Sequence record: PP047755
DNA from: Escherichia phage KEP1
Strand: one strand, 5' to 3'
DNA length: 64,000 nt
Under the pieces are notes generated by a model, which saw only the letters and a program-made list of their open reading frames with translations, was not told where the DNA came from and ran no database searches. The position numbers and the translations under genes are program-made. Of the stretch, positions 17,610 to 26,940 are shown piece by piece; position 1 is the first letter of the stretch, and each line of letters begins with the position of its first letter.

Positions 17610-18301
17610 TGTTTAACTAACATGGTTTTAATGTGCGGAAGGATTCTGTTAACCTTCTGAACATTCTTCTCTGTATCTTCTATAAAGCATACTATATTAA
17701 AATAAGGCAGAATGCAAGACTGAATCATCCTCACTTTCAAACTTTCTGCACTTATAGAGTTAGTTCCAAAACCACGCATAAAAAGCATGTAATCATGCTC
17801 TATGTAATGCCTTAAAAACATCTCAGTAGGTACTCTCTGAGATTCACCCCTCGCTGTCAAGAGTCCAATGGTAGCATGATTAGAGATTGCATCAATAATA
17901 TTGAAAACATATGTTGGTTTTGCACTTACAGAGTCAAGCAAATTAGTGTACTGTGAAAATGACCCATCAATCAGTTCCGTTGAGCAATCTTCGTGATTAA
18001 AATTTGTAAGAACACCATCAATATCTGCTAAGATGAGGTTACCTTTTTCTACAAGGTCTTTATTAACTATGACTAAACTGTCACGTCTTACACCTATAGA
18101 TTGCCCTGTCTCTTTATCCACAACGTTCACAATTGGTTGTGATGTGTGGAACTCTTCAAGTGAACATACAACTTCTCTTGCAGTGTCTTCAAAATCCCTG
18201 CACTGTTCTGAAGTCCATACACAGGAATCAAGACCTAACTCATGAGGGTGCAAGTCATAAGCATGGCACAATACTTCATCAGACTTTCTTAATTTTTTCA
18301 T
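17606..18301 (-). CDS. HAD-superfamily hydrolase-like protein (putative phosphatase/nucleotidase)
   Basis: LADIDGVLTN (DxDGV motif I), LLTARGES (motif II-like). Confidence 0.45.
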   Translation of the reverse strand: MKKLRKSDEVLCHAYDLHPHELGLDSCVWTSEQCRDFEDTAREVVCSLEEFHTSQPIVNVVDKETGQSIGVRRDSLVIVNKDLVEKGNLILADIDGVLTNFNHEDCSTELIDGSFSQYTNLLDSVSAKPTYVFNIIDAISNHATIGLLTARGESQRVPTEMFLRHYIEHDYMLFMRGFGTNSISAESLKVRMIQSCILPYFNIVCFIEDTEKNVQKVNRILPHIKTMLVKH

Positions 18302-18827
18302 GGTTTACCTTAGAAATGTTTGTTGCAAATTCACATTGAGCGATGACTTTCATATTGTTGTAGACATCTTGAGAGTATTTCTTAGCTTTAGGGATTTTGT
18401 ACGAATACCCAGCATTATATGATGCTAAAACTTTTTGTAAAGTCTTCTTTGATTTTGGCTGACCATGTACCTTTGTCCAAAACTCAAGCTCTTTATGTGT
18501 TTCTTTTGCGGCATAATCAAAATCTTTTAAGAGTTTCTTTTTAGCCACATTAGGACTAATTTTGTTACGCTTTACAACAGTCTTCAAGTGATTCTGGAAA
18601 ATACCATAGTCGTGGGTCTTTTTATTCTCTACCTTCAGACCTAACTCTGACTCTTGTAAGGCTATAGCTGCTAGAGTAATACCCCAGCCTTTCCCCATAT
18701 TATTCTCACCATACTGGTAAGCTTTTAACATGTTTACTTTTTGGCTAATTGTTAGCTCTGGGCAGTCAACTGCATAAGATAAGTGTGCTGTAAACATTAA
18801 GCACAAGCCTAGAATCAATTTCTTCAT
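18279..18827 (-). CDS. secreted lytic transglycosylase-like protein
   Basis: Signal peptide MKKLILGLCLMFTAHLSYA; SLT-like LAAIALQESELG...HDYGIFQ motif. Confidence 0.5.
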   Translation of the reverse strand: MKKLILGLCLMFTAHLSYAVDCPELTISQKVNMLKAYQYGENNMGKGWGITLAAIALQESELGLKVENKKTHDYGIFQNHLKTVVKRNKISPNVAKKKLLKDFDYAAKETHKELEFWTKVHGQPKSKKTLQKVLASYNAGYSYKIPKAKKYSQDVYNNMKVIAQCEFATNISKVNHEKIKKV

Positions 18828-18927
18828 TGGTTCTCCTGTTTAGTTTATCGTGACAACAATTATACAGCACTCTGCACAAAATACAAATAAAAAAGGCCGC
18901 CGAAGCAGCCTTTTAAGAAATTACTTA

Positions 18928-20037
18928 TTAGATTTCACGTTTACGTTGAGAGATAAGTTCACCAGCAGTACCAACGATGACATGCAAAGCTTCAGTCTTA
19001 CCATCCCATGCTTTCAGCACTTTACGTTGATTATCAACGATTGCTGCAACTTCATAACGAGAGGAACGCATCTTCATATCGTTGTAATCAGTTGGAACAG
19101 ATACAACATCTCGTGGATGGACACGAACCTTCAGGATGGTATCACCTGAGAAGCAACGAACATAATCCCAAGCACCAACATGAAGACCTTGAGAGCAAGT
19201 TACGTTACGGTTGTTATCAACCATCCAACGTGGCATCTCTACAATGTTACCCAAATCATTAGGCACTTTGTAGGTGTGAGAGTCAACCAGCTTGCCTTCA
19301 CGAGTAGAGACTTTCTTCCAACCAATGATGTAGCCTTCTTCATCAATTTCAACATCAAGGTGTGATACAAATCCCCAAAGTTGTTCTACAGAATCTTTAG
19401 ATGGGTTTTCCATCAGTTTTTCGAAGAACATTACAAGTCGTTCAAAACCTTTATCACCAGTTTTCATCATATGAAGAATACGGTCAACCAGAGTAGAACG
19501 CATCTCAACAGCACCGTAGAAGAGCTTATCGCCTTTGATTGTGATAGCACCCTGAGTGAAGTTTTCGATAGACTTACGAATGTTCATTAGTTCAAATGCT
19601 TTCTTGAACTCACCTTTCACAACATGAACTACAATTTCTTGATAGTTCGGATGAGTAGACTCAACAATTTCAGATTCTGAACCGTAAGTCATAATTACAG
19701 AGTCACCAGTAATCATGTACTCAATCTTGTCATCTTTCTGCATAGCTTCATGCAGTTTATTTACTGGAGCTTTCTGTACAGCATCTTTAACGGCCTTTTC
19801 AACTGGTTTGCCAGCTTTCTTTTTAACTGACTTAGCAACTTGCTTCAAAGTCTTCGTAGCTGGTGTAGAAGCTGCCTTTTTCTTTCCTTTTAAGGTTGCT
19901 TCATGACGCTCTACAGCACGACCAACTGAACGGGTTGAAGTATTGAACTTCTGTGCAATAGCTGTTTTAGTCAGCTTACCTTCTTTAACCAGTTCGTAAA
20001 TTTCTGCGTCAATCTGTGCTTTAGTTTTAGTAGTCAT
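18928..20037 (-). CDS. rIIB: rIIB-like protein
   Basis: C-terminal region (LFYGAVEMRSTLVDRIL ... VRVHPRDVVSVPTDYNDMKMRSSRYEV) resembles T4 rIIB as recalled; sits directly downstream of an rIIA-like gene. Confidence 0.65.
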   Translation of the reverse strand: MTTKTKAQIDAEIYELVKEGKLTKTAIAQKFNTSTRSVGRAVERHEATLKGKKKAASTPATKTLKQVAKSVKKKAGKPVEKAVKDAVQKAPVNKLHEAMQKDDKIEYMITGDSVIMTYGSESEIVESTHPNYQEIVVHVVKGEFKKAFELMNIRKSIENFTQGAITIKGDKLFYGAVEMRSTLVDRILHMMKTGDKGFERLVMFFEKLMENPSKDSVEQLWGFVSHLDVEIDEEGYIIGWKKVSTREGKLVDSHTYKVPNDLGNIVEMPRWMVDNNRNVTCSQGLHVGAWDYVRCFSGDTILKVRVHPRDVVSVPTDYNDMKMRSSRYEVAAIVDNQRKVLKAWDGKTEALHVIVGTAGELISQRKREI

Positions 20038-20081
20038 CTTATTACTCTCTCTTGTTAGTTAATAAATCATTTTGTAAGGCT

Positions 20082-20111
20082 ATTCTAAGGGGCTTTGAAG
20101 CCCCTTGTCAA
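20082..20111 (-). promoter_or_regulatory. sigma70-like promoter TTGACA-18-TAGAAT with hairpin in the spacer
   Basis: -35 at 20106-20111, -10 at 20082-20087; spacer contains the inverted repeat AAGGGGCTT-TGA-AAGCCCCTT. Confidence 0.5.
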
Positions 20112-20116
20112 ACACT

Positions 20117-22483
20117 TTAATCGTAAATTGTAGTCCCTTCTGGAACACACTTCACATCAAAGCCTAAGAACTTACTCACTTCGATGGGTGACACTTTATT
20201 CCAATCTAAATGAGAAAGCAAGAAGTTTTCTTGTTTTCTTTTTGAAAGGTAGTTTGTCACCTTAATGACCATGCGGTCACCAGCTTTCTTAATTTTCTTG
20301 TACAGCTTTGTATCATTGTCAAGGCAGTCTTTCAAAGTTTGCAACCTACTAATAGTGTAAGTATATGCAAACGGTGCAGCAACGTATTGGATTTTACCAA
20401 ACATTGCCTCTACAGCATCTTCATTACCTTCTAAGAAGATAGTTTTGTTTGTATCCCGTGAATAACAATAGCCACGAGAAATCTTCCTGTTATTGAACGT
20501 AAAGTTTCTGGCAATAATCCAACTGCTTGTAAGGTCGAGGACACCATTCATATAGATACGTGTCATATACCTGTTATGATTAATCCAATGAACATCAGTT
20601 AAGCTGTCGTTCAAGAGTTTCTCATCTACTTCAATCCAGTCTTCTGGTATCTTTTTCCAATTTGCTTTTCGGAAAACATAGACTGTCTTACCTGTAACAT
20701 TAGCAACTGACTTAGCTACATCTTCTGGAGATGAGCAAAAACATTCACCATCAACTGTGTCACCGACTGCCTTAATGTAAAGCTGAGGTTCTTCAATTGT
20801 ATCAAAGTCCTCTGAAACCTCTTTATAGGAAGCTACACCTTCTGCTGGAACAGCTTTCCAAAGTTTTACAACGCCTCTTACAGCTTCTTTACGCTGATAA
20901 TGGTGTTCCTTATCAGACATCTTCACAATCTTTAACAAGCTTTTATCAAGTTTGTGCAGATTGATTAAGTCGTCTAGCTCTTTCTCTGTAGAGAATACAA
21001 AGACAATACCATTGTATCTGTGAAACAGACTTGACTCACTGGCATAGTCTCGACATGCACCACGCAAGATTTGGTTGCGTCCTACAGTCTTCTCAGTACC
21101 ATTTTTATTTCGACGGTCATTTATAACAAACAAAAACTGTTCAATTTGGCTTTTACGCATTGCGCCAAAGATATTGAACATACTTGCCTCTTGAGTGTAG
21201 GAAAGCGATGTTGCACGAATCTTACTCTCTAAAGAGTTGAACTTGACGTAAGCAACTGGGTCATAAAGATAATCTACTTTAGGGATATTGTTCCCGTTCC
21301 TATCAACCTTAATATTGCCTTTGCCGTCACGTTCGTAAATGACTGAGCCGTCTTCTGCGTAAATAATTCCACGACGAATGTTTAGTAATTCTTCTTCCAG
21401 AGAATCAAGCTTAACACCGCCCCACTCTAGCTTTGGACACACAGCATTAAACATCTCTCGTGAGTTCAAACGTAACTCAGCATAAGCCTGTGCAGCATCC
21501 ATGAGTGTAGGTTGGCTATTAACTTTCTTGATAACATCCTTTGTAATTGCTTCAGTTATCTTTTTAGTAGCCTCAATGATAACATTTTTTGTCGTGTCAT
21601 TCATCTGCAATGCTTCACGAGAAGCTGCAATAGCAACTGAACCAATAGGCATGTAGATGTTTACAAGGTCTACGCTCCTACGGAAAAATTCTGGCAATAC
21701 TTTGAAGAAATCATCACCAAGTAATGCTTCCATATTAACAGGGTAGGCAATGTTACCCATCACCACATTAAACTCTGTCCTGTTACCACTAGAACGCCAG
21801 CTTTGCTTATGAATCATGGCATCATAAACACCTTCTTCACGGGCAATGACGTTCATATCTGCTAATACATCGTCATACTCAATATTACTTTCTGGTTTTA
21901 CAGCAAAGTATGAGTATACATTACCAGCCTCTTCAAAGAACTTTGAAATACGGTGGTCAGCAACTGCTACACGTACAGCTAAGCCATTAGGTTCATTCGT
22001 TGGGTTGGTAGTTAGCTTAGTTACTTGAGGGATACCATTCTCAAGGTAAACAGAGTACTTATTAACAACACCATCAACATAGCTAGACACTGTGAATGAC
22101 TGAGCAATTGCAAATGGTGATTTTGAGCCGATACCCATTGCACCAATGTAGTCATTAGAGTCATTCTTCGTAGAAGCTCCATAGTTTAGGTACAAACTCA
22201 TAACTTTATCATGAGTCAACCCAGTTCCAAAATCACGAACTTCAAAGTAAGGCTCAAAACGAGTAGGTAAATGCACATGGAACGGGATGTTCTCTTTTCC
22301 AGCTTCTTTCTGAGCATCTACTGCGTTACATGACAGTTCACGAATCACTGCCCTTTCTTTAAAGGTATATACACCAGAACTCAAAAGGCTGAACATTTCA
22401 GGTGTCATTGTAATCTGTGCTTGAGACGTCTCTAAAGAAGTTGAACTCTTAATCACTTCTGCGTGGTCGTTTACCATGCGCAT
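20117..22483 (-). CDS. rIIA: rIIA-like protein with N-terminal GHKL-type ATPase fold
   Basis: GHKL motifs NAVDA, RDFGTGL, GAMGIGSKS; size 788 aa; precedes rIIB-like gene. Confidence 0.65.
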   Translation of the reverse strand: MRMVNDHAEVIKSSTSLETSQAQITMTPEMFSLLSSGVYTFKERAVIRELSCNAVDAQKEAGKENIPFHVHLPTRFEPYFEVRDFGTGLTHDKVMSLYLNYGASTKNDSNDYIGAMGIGSKSPFAIAQSFTVSSYVDGVVNKYSVYLENGIPQVTKLTTNPTNEPNGLAVRVAVADHRISKFFEEAGNVYSYFAVKPESNIEYDDVLADMNVIAREEGVYDAMIHKQSWRSSGNRTEFNVVMGNIAYPVNMEALLGDDFFKVLPEFFRRSVDLVNIYMPIGSVAIAASREALQMNDTTKNVIIEATKKITEAITKDVIKKVNSQPTLMDAAQAYAELRLNSREMFNAVCPKLEWGGVKLDSLEEELLNIRRGIIYAEDGSVIYERDGKGNIKVDRNGNNIPKVDYLYDPVAYVKFNSLESKIRATSLSYTQEASMFNIFGAMRKSQIEQFLFVINDRRNKNGTEKTVGRNQILRGACRDYASESSLFHRYNGIVFVFSTEKELDDLINLHKLDKSLLKIVKMSDKEHHYQRKEAVRGVVKLWKAVPAEGVASYKEVSEDFDTIEEPQLYIKAVGDTVDGECFCSSPEDVAKSVANVTGKTVYVFRKANWKKIPEDWIEVDEKLLNDSLTDVHWINHNRYMTRIYMNGVLDLTSSWIIARNFTFNNRKISRGYCYSRDTNKTIFLEGNEDAVEAMFGKIQYVAAPFAYTYTISRLQTLKDCLDNDTKLYKKIKKAGDRMVIKVTNYLSKRKQENFLLSHLDWNKVSPIEVSKFLGFDVKCVPEGTTIYD

Positions 22484-22511
22484 AATACTTTCCTCTTAGT
22501 TTACTGTTAAA

Positions 22512-22688
22512 TTACTTATTAAACATTTTACCAGAACCGCCACACATAGGGCAACAACCTGCTCTTGTATAGCCTTCTCCATTACAGCAGTCACATTTTT
22601 TGTGCTCTGCATAGTACTTGCAAAGAAGGTAAACAAATACTGCTACACTACCAAGTGACAGCAAAATTTCTATCCAATATGCTTGCAT
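22512..22688 (-). CDS. small membrane-anchored zinc-finger protein (58 aa), not in the ORF track
   Basis: ATG with GAGAGGTGA ribosome-binding site; hydrophobic helix IEILLSLGSVAVFVYLL then CDCCNGEGY..CCPMCGGSGK (DnaJ-like CxxCxGxG). Confidence 0.45.
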   Translation of the reverse strand: MQAYWIEILLSLGSVAVFVYLLCKYYAEHKKCDCCNGEGYTRAGCCPMCGGSGKMFNK

Positions 22689-23005
22689 GACTCACCTCTC
22701 ATATTCTTGTAAAGGATAAAGCTTCTGTCATGGACGATACTTGTAGATACTGCAAAGTTACTTTCAAGCATCTGTTTGTTTGGATTGTAGAAGCTTTCTT
22801 TAAACTCGTCAAGTGCAAATTGGTGATTATCTGGAAGACCTTTTACACACACCTTTATTGTGATTGCTGCTGCAATCTTGCCAGTCAGTTCTTCTTTAGC
22901 TGCTACTAAGATTTTATTGAGGAACTTATGACCATTTTCAGGCTTCTTGATGTTCTCCCAACGCTCTTCTAAGACAATGTTGATGTTCATCTCTTTGATT
23001 TTCAT
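22670..23005 (-). CDS. hypothetical protein (111 aa)
   Basis: ORF following terminator. Confidence 0.6.
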   Translation of the reverse strand: MKIKEMNINIVLEERWENIKKPENGHKFLNKILVAAKEELTGKIAAAITIKVCVKGLPDNHQFALDEFKESFYNPNKQMLESNFAVSTSIVHDRSFILYKNMRGESCKHIG

Positions 23006-23030
23006 AATCTTCTCCAGAAATTAAAAAGGC

Positions 23031-23054
23031 TCCCGTAGGAGCCTCTTATCATAT
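23031..23054 (-). terminator. rho-independent terminator
   Basis: Minus strand AGGCTCC-TACG-GGAGCCT followed by TTTTTAATTT. Confidence 0.7.
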
Positions 23055-23058
23055 ACTT

Positions 23059-24840
23059 TTAAAGCTGCTTGTCAATATTATTTCGAATATCACCAAGAGT
23101 TGTGTAGCCGAACTGCTCAGAGTCGCTAAAGACTAAACGTAAAGCACAAGCTGGATGCTCAAGTACATCTGCAAAACTCTGGAATCCATAGCCATCTACA
23201 GCTTTCAGGTTCTCACCATCCCACATAGGGGCTACACCACCAAAAGCAGACTTCTTAATACCACTATCTGTTTTAGGGTCTTTTGCAAGCATAATCTCTT
23301 TACCACCAATGCTTGCAAGAGTTGCTTTGACAGCAAATGCAAAGGTGTCACGAGTCATGTACTGGTAAGTGTAAGAACCTACACCAAACACTACGTTAGA
23401 ACTTGCAAAACCCATTTCATACAAACGCTTCAGGATTTCGTTTGCACGTTCCAACGTGATAGAGTCACCATAGATAAGGCCAATGTGCTCATCCAGTACC
23501 TTAAACCCTTTAGAGTTGATAGTTCCTCCAAAGATGTTATACAGGGTCTTAATGGCCCCATCAATCTCTGCTACAGGACGTGTTACAACGTTTGCAGAAC
23601 CAACCATATAAGCGTTTTTCAACATCACTGTATCAGCAACTTCAAAGTCTTCTCTGTCAACAACCATTTCGTAACCTTCTGACAGTAGCCATCCAGCAAT
23701 ACCATAATTGATGTTTTCAAGCTTCATGTTCAGAACAGCATTCAGCATTGTGTCGCTGGCTTCCAGCTTACTTAGGTGTTCGTAATAAGCCTTTTTAGCA
23801 CACTCTAAATGGATTGCTTTGTATCCTGTGACAATATGTACAGGGTCTCCAGAATCAGGACGAATTACCAGTTTGCCATCACGTTCCATAATCTCTTTAC
23901 GGAGTTCTGGCAATATGACTGATACAGTTCTCCAGAAGTTATAAGTATCTGAAACAACACTTGCAATACCAGTTGGGTAAGTTTTTGTTAAGAAACGACG
24001 GAAGGTTTGTAACTCACCTTTAAAGCGTCTTTCTTCTTCAATCAACTCGTTACCACCTTCCCAAGCAATGTTTGCACACATTACAGAATGTTCAGTGGCT
24101 GGTACAGAGCTACCAATATCAGAGATTGGGTAGGACTGTCCATAGATGCGTTTAGCTGTATACACAGCAGGGAAGCTATCAGTCCCTTTAAAGCTGGTTA
24201 AGTGGCCTACAGCGTTAAATGCGTCATCAGTAAAGCCGGACATACCACGCATAGCAAAGTCATGGCACTGATAAGGTAAATGCAAGTCGTTGTCACAAGT
24301 AAGGTCAGCCCACTTCTTACAGATACGTTTGTAGTGCAATGCAATAGTTGCAATGGTACAAGCCTTCCAAATCTCAGCAGAGAAAGCATCTTCCAGATAC
24401 CCCGCTACCCAATGGAAACCTGAAACAGTGTTCTGGAAGACAATCATCGGTACACGCATAGGGACAACTGTACCTTCTTCTACAGCGTAGACTTCGACTG
24501 GTAGATAACCTAAGTCGTGGAGTGCTTCCCAATGTTCTCGACCAATAGCATCTTTACCCAGAACACCGTTCATGACTTCTAAGATTTCGTCAATTGCTTC
24601 TTTTTTGTCACGTTCGAAGAATGTGGCGTTCCAGTGGTCTATCAGGTAATCTTTAACAAAACGTTGAATACCAAAAGCGACTACACCATCAATTGCTAAG
24701 GGGCTGTTAAACCACTTATCACTACGTGGTGTCAGATTGAACATCAAGTATTCTGTTGCACTAGGGTACTGGTAAATGTGACCAGATTTGTAAGCATCTG
24801 CGTTTAAACCTGCTGGTACTGCATAAAGTGATTTAGTCAT
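23059..24840 (-). CDS. nicotinamide phosphoribosyltransferase family protein (NAMPT/NadV-like; alternatively a Namat-type enzyme)
   Basis: VVSDTYNFW, IRPDSGDP, IYGDSI, VFGVGSYTY, KDPKTDSGIKKSAFGG match the NAMPT family (VVSDSYD, IRPDSGNP, IQGDGV, AFGSGGG). Confidence 0.75.
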   Translation of the reverse strand: MTKSLYAVPAGLNADAYKSGHIYQYPSATEYLMFNLTPRSDKWFNSPLAIDGVVAFGIQRFVKDYLIDHWNATFFERDKKEAIDEILEVMNGVLGKDAIGREHWEALHDLGYLPVEVYAVEEGTVVPMRVPMIVFQNTVSGFHWVAGYLEDAFSAEIWKACTIATIALHYKRICKKWADLTCDNDLHLPYQCHDFAMRGMSGFTDDAFNAVGHLTSFKGTDSFPAVYTAKRIYGQSYPISDIGSSVPATEHSVMCANIAWEGGNELIEEERRFKGELQTFRRFLTKTYPTGIASVVSDTYNFWRTVSVILPELRKEIMERDGKLVIRPDSGDPVHIVTGYKAIHLECAKKAYYEHLSKLEASDTMLNAVLNMKLENINYGIAGWLLSEGYEMVVDREDFEVADTVMLKNAYMVGSANVVTRPVAEIDGAIKTLYNIFGGTINSKGFKVLDEHIGLIYGDSITLERANEILKRLYEMGFASSNVVFGVGSYTYQYMTRDTFAFAVKATLASIGGKEIMLAKDPKTDSGIKKSAFGGVAPMWDGENLKAVDGYGFQSFADVLEHPACALRLVFSDSEQFGYTTLGDIRNNIDKQL

Positions 24841-24885
24841 CTTTTAATCTCTCTCAAAATGGGGCTTTGAAGCCCCTATAAACTT

Positions 24886-25767
24886 TCAATCAAGGTTTGC
24901 TACAGTAACTTGACTGTAATGTGTTAAGCCACGGTCTTTAGCTTCGCCTAAAGAGTTTGTAGTGTAAATATGGTCGATACCATTGTCAAGAAGGTTTTCA
25001 ACATCTTTAGAGAAGATACCATGTGTTACATAAAGTTCCACACGTTTTGCACCTGCTTCACGAAGATGTTTCGCTGCTTCTATGAAGGTTCGACCACCAT
25101 CACAGATATCATCCAGAATCATAACGGTTTTATCTGTCAAATCAACATCATCAAGGATTCGCATACCAGTAATTTCACCAGTCTTAAGGTTACGCACTTT
25201 AGACATTGTGATGTATGGTTTATCCACCTCTTTAGCAGTCTCTGCAACCTTCTTAGCAGCACCTGCATCTGGGGCTACTAAGTAATCAACCAGTGGGTCA
25301 TTTGCATAGTGGACTGCAATTTCCTTTTGAGGAATACTCTGGAAGCAGTTAAACAGGTTATCTGGTACATAGCTGTGAGGGTCAACTGCACAGACTGCAC
25401 CAAATCCCATTGCATTTACCTGTTTAGCAAAAACCTTTAAAGCTGCTGCGTCGCCTTTAAACATGTGACGGTCATATCGTGCATTTGGTAAGTAGTAAAA
25501 GATGACAGTCTTTAAAGCATAATCATGAGGAATTAAATCATCAATTGCTTCTTTAGCAAGTGCCACAGCAAACAATGTGTCTTTATCATAACCTTTTACA
25601 ATCATAATCACATTGTTAATGGATGATGCTGCATAAGCAGTAAAATCAACAAACTCTGGCGAAAAGTGTCCACCAATCTCACCAGAAGGGAATTGGATGA
25701 TGTTAAACTCTTCTTCATGAGTTCCTTTAGTTGGTGAATGAACTGTAACACGGATAGATGTTTTCAT
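24886..25767 (-). CDS. ribose-phosphate pyrophosphokinase (Prs) family protein; alternatively an ADPR-pyrophosphate synthetase-like enzyme
   Basis: Prs-family motifs: FPSGEIGG, YLPNARYDR, VDPH, VAPDAGAAKK, ILDDICDGGRTF, YVTHGIFS. Confidence 0.7.
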   Translation of the reverse strand: MKTSIRVTVHSPTKGTHEEEFNIIQFPSGEIGGHFSPEFVDFTAYAASSINNVIMIVKGYDKDTLFAVALAKEAIDDLIPHDYALKTVIFYYLPNARYDRHMFKGDAAALKVFAKQVNAMGFGAVCAVDPHSYVPDNLFNCFQSIPQKEIAVHYANDPLVDYLVAPDAGAAKKVAETAKEVDKPYITMSKVRNLKTGEITGMRILDDVDLTDKTVMILDDICDGGRTFIEAAKHLREAGAKRVELYVTHGIFSKDVENLLDNGIDHIYTTNSLGEAKDRGLTHYSQVTVANLD

Positions 25768-25779
25768 AGTTTTTCTCTC

Positions 25780-26058
25780 TCAATCAAAAGTTACGTTTGT
25801 TACTGCCATTGCAGATTTGCATTTTGCAGGGTCTACAACGTGATAAAGTACACTACAGTTACCTGTGCTGTCTGGTACAGGTTTAACCCATTGTTGCTTG
25901 ACAGTTGGTTCGCCTAAGTCTTTGTAAGAACCATCTGTAAAATTATTTATCATCTCAAGTGCAATTGGTTCTGGAATATGACCTCGTATCATGTACATCT
26001 CACAACCATTACCACCTTCACTAACTAATGGTAAAATCTCCCACTTTTCTTTAGCCAT
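25780..26058 (-). CDS. hypothetical protein (92 aa)
   Basis: ORF. Confidence 0.55.
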   Translation of the reverse strand: MAKEKWEILPLVSEGGNGCEMYMIRGHIPEPIALEMINNFTDGSYKDLGEPTVKQQWVKPVPDSTGNCSVLYHVVDPAKCKSAMAVTNVTFD

Positions 26059-26566
26059 TGTAAGTTGCCCTATAAACTGTCTCGAACTTCAACAGGAGAG
26101 ATATTGCCAAATCTGTATAGTTGTTGTCAAGCACATCTGGCATATTATTTTTGATATACCTCTCTTGCTCTTCATAGGTCATCTTAGGGATACTCAGGAG
26201 GCTATCTCCTTGCTTCTGGTTATCAGCTTTAGTTTGGATAAACCAGTTCGCACAGTGATGTTCGCCACCTTTTGTAACAGGTTTGTGGTGGCCTAGTGTA
26301 AATGTTTGCTTACCCGTATACCTGCAAAGATTGTTCAGTGTTGCAATGGTGTTCTTCACAACACACCATTCATACAGGTTATCTATTGTGTAGTGTGGGT
26401 AATAACGAACAAGTGCTCTTTCACGGAAGTTATCACGATTCCAAAGAACCATGTGATTAGAATTTGAAGGGTCATATTTGTGGGAGTCTATAAATTCTTG
26501 ACGCTCATCAAAGCTGAGTCTTAGAACTGACATTGCAACCGAACGTTTCAAGTTTGACAGATACAT
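26051..26566 (-). CDS. HNH endonuclease (free-standing homing-endonuclease-like)
   Basis: HNH motif GHHKPVTKGGEHHCANWFIQTKADNQKQG. Confidence 0.6.
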   Translation of the reverse strand: MYLSNLKRSVAMSVLRLSFDERQEFIDSHKYDPSNSNHMVLWNRDNFRERALVRYYPHYTIDNLYEWCVVKNTIATLNNLCRYTGKQTFTLGHHKPVTKGGEHHCANWFIQTKADNQKQGDSLLSIPKMTYEEQERYIKNNMPDVLDNNYTDLAISLLLKFETVYRATYNG

Positions 26567-26573
26567 TTTACCT

Positions 26574-26605
26574 CCAAAATAAAAAGGGAACCTTTACAGT
26601 TCCCC
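26574..26605 (-). terminator. rho-independent terminator
   Basis: Minus strand GGGGAAC-TGTAAAG-GTTCCCT followed by TTTTTATTTT. Confidence 0.65.
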
Positions 26606-26617
26606 TATAGTATCTGT

Positions 26618-26938
26618 TTACTGAGCTACTTTCAAGAGGCTTGTGAATGAAATCTCACTCTCATCCATAAGCTCTTTTGCTTTTCCAGTAACTTTTACAA
26701 AGTTATCTAGGCAGATAATCTTCTTATCTTTCTTGCTGTAGGTCAGTTTCACCTTTTCAATATCTTTCTTATAGCTTTCCTCTTCATTAAAGAGCTTCAC
26801 AGCTTCTTTGAATGGGAGGTATGAGCCATCATCATCACTAATAAAACCTGTACCACAATAGTAGAAGTTGTATTCTTTAGCCATAAACTGGCACAGTACG
26901 AAAATCTGTAATTTGCGAGTGTTATAAACTTTGCTCAT
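26618..26938 (-). CDS. hypothetical protein (106 aa)
   Basis: ORF. Confidence 0.55.
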   Translation of the reverse strand: MSKVYNTRKLQIFVLCQFMAKEYNFYYCGTGFISDDDGSYLPFKEAVKLFNEEESYKKDIEKVKLTYSKKDKKIICLDNFVKVTGKAKELMDESEISFTSLLKVAQ

Positions 26939-26940
26939 GA

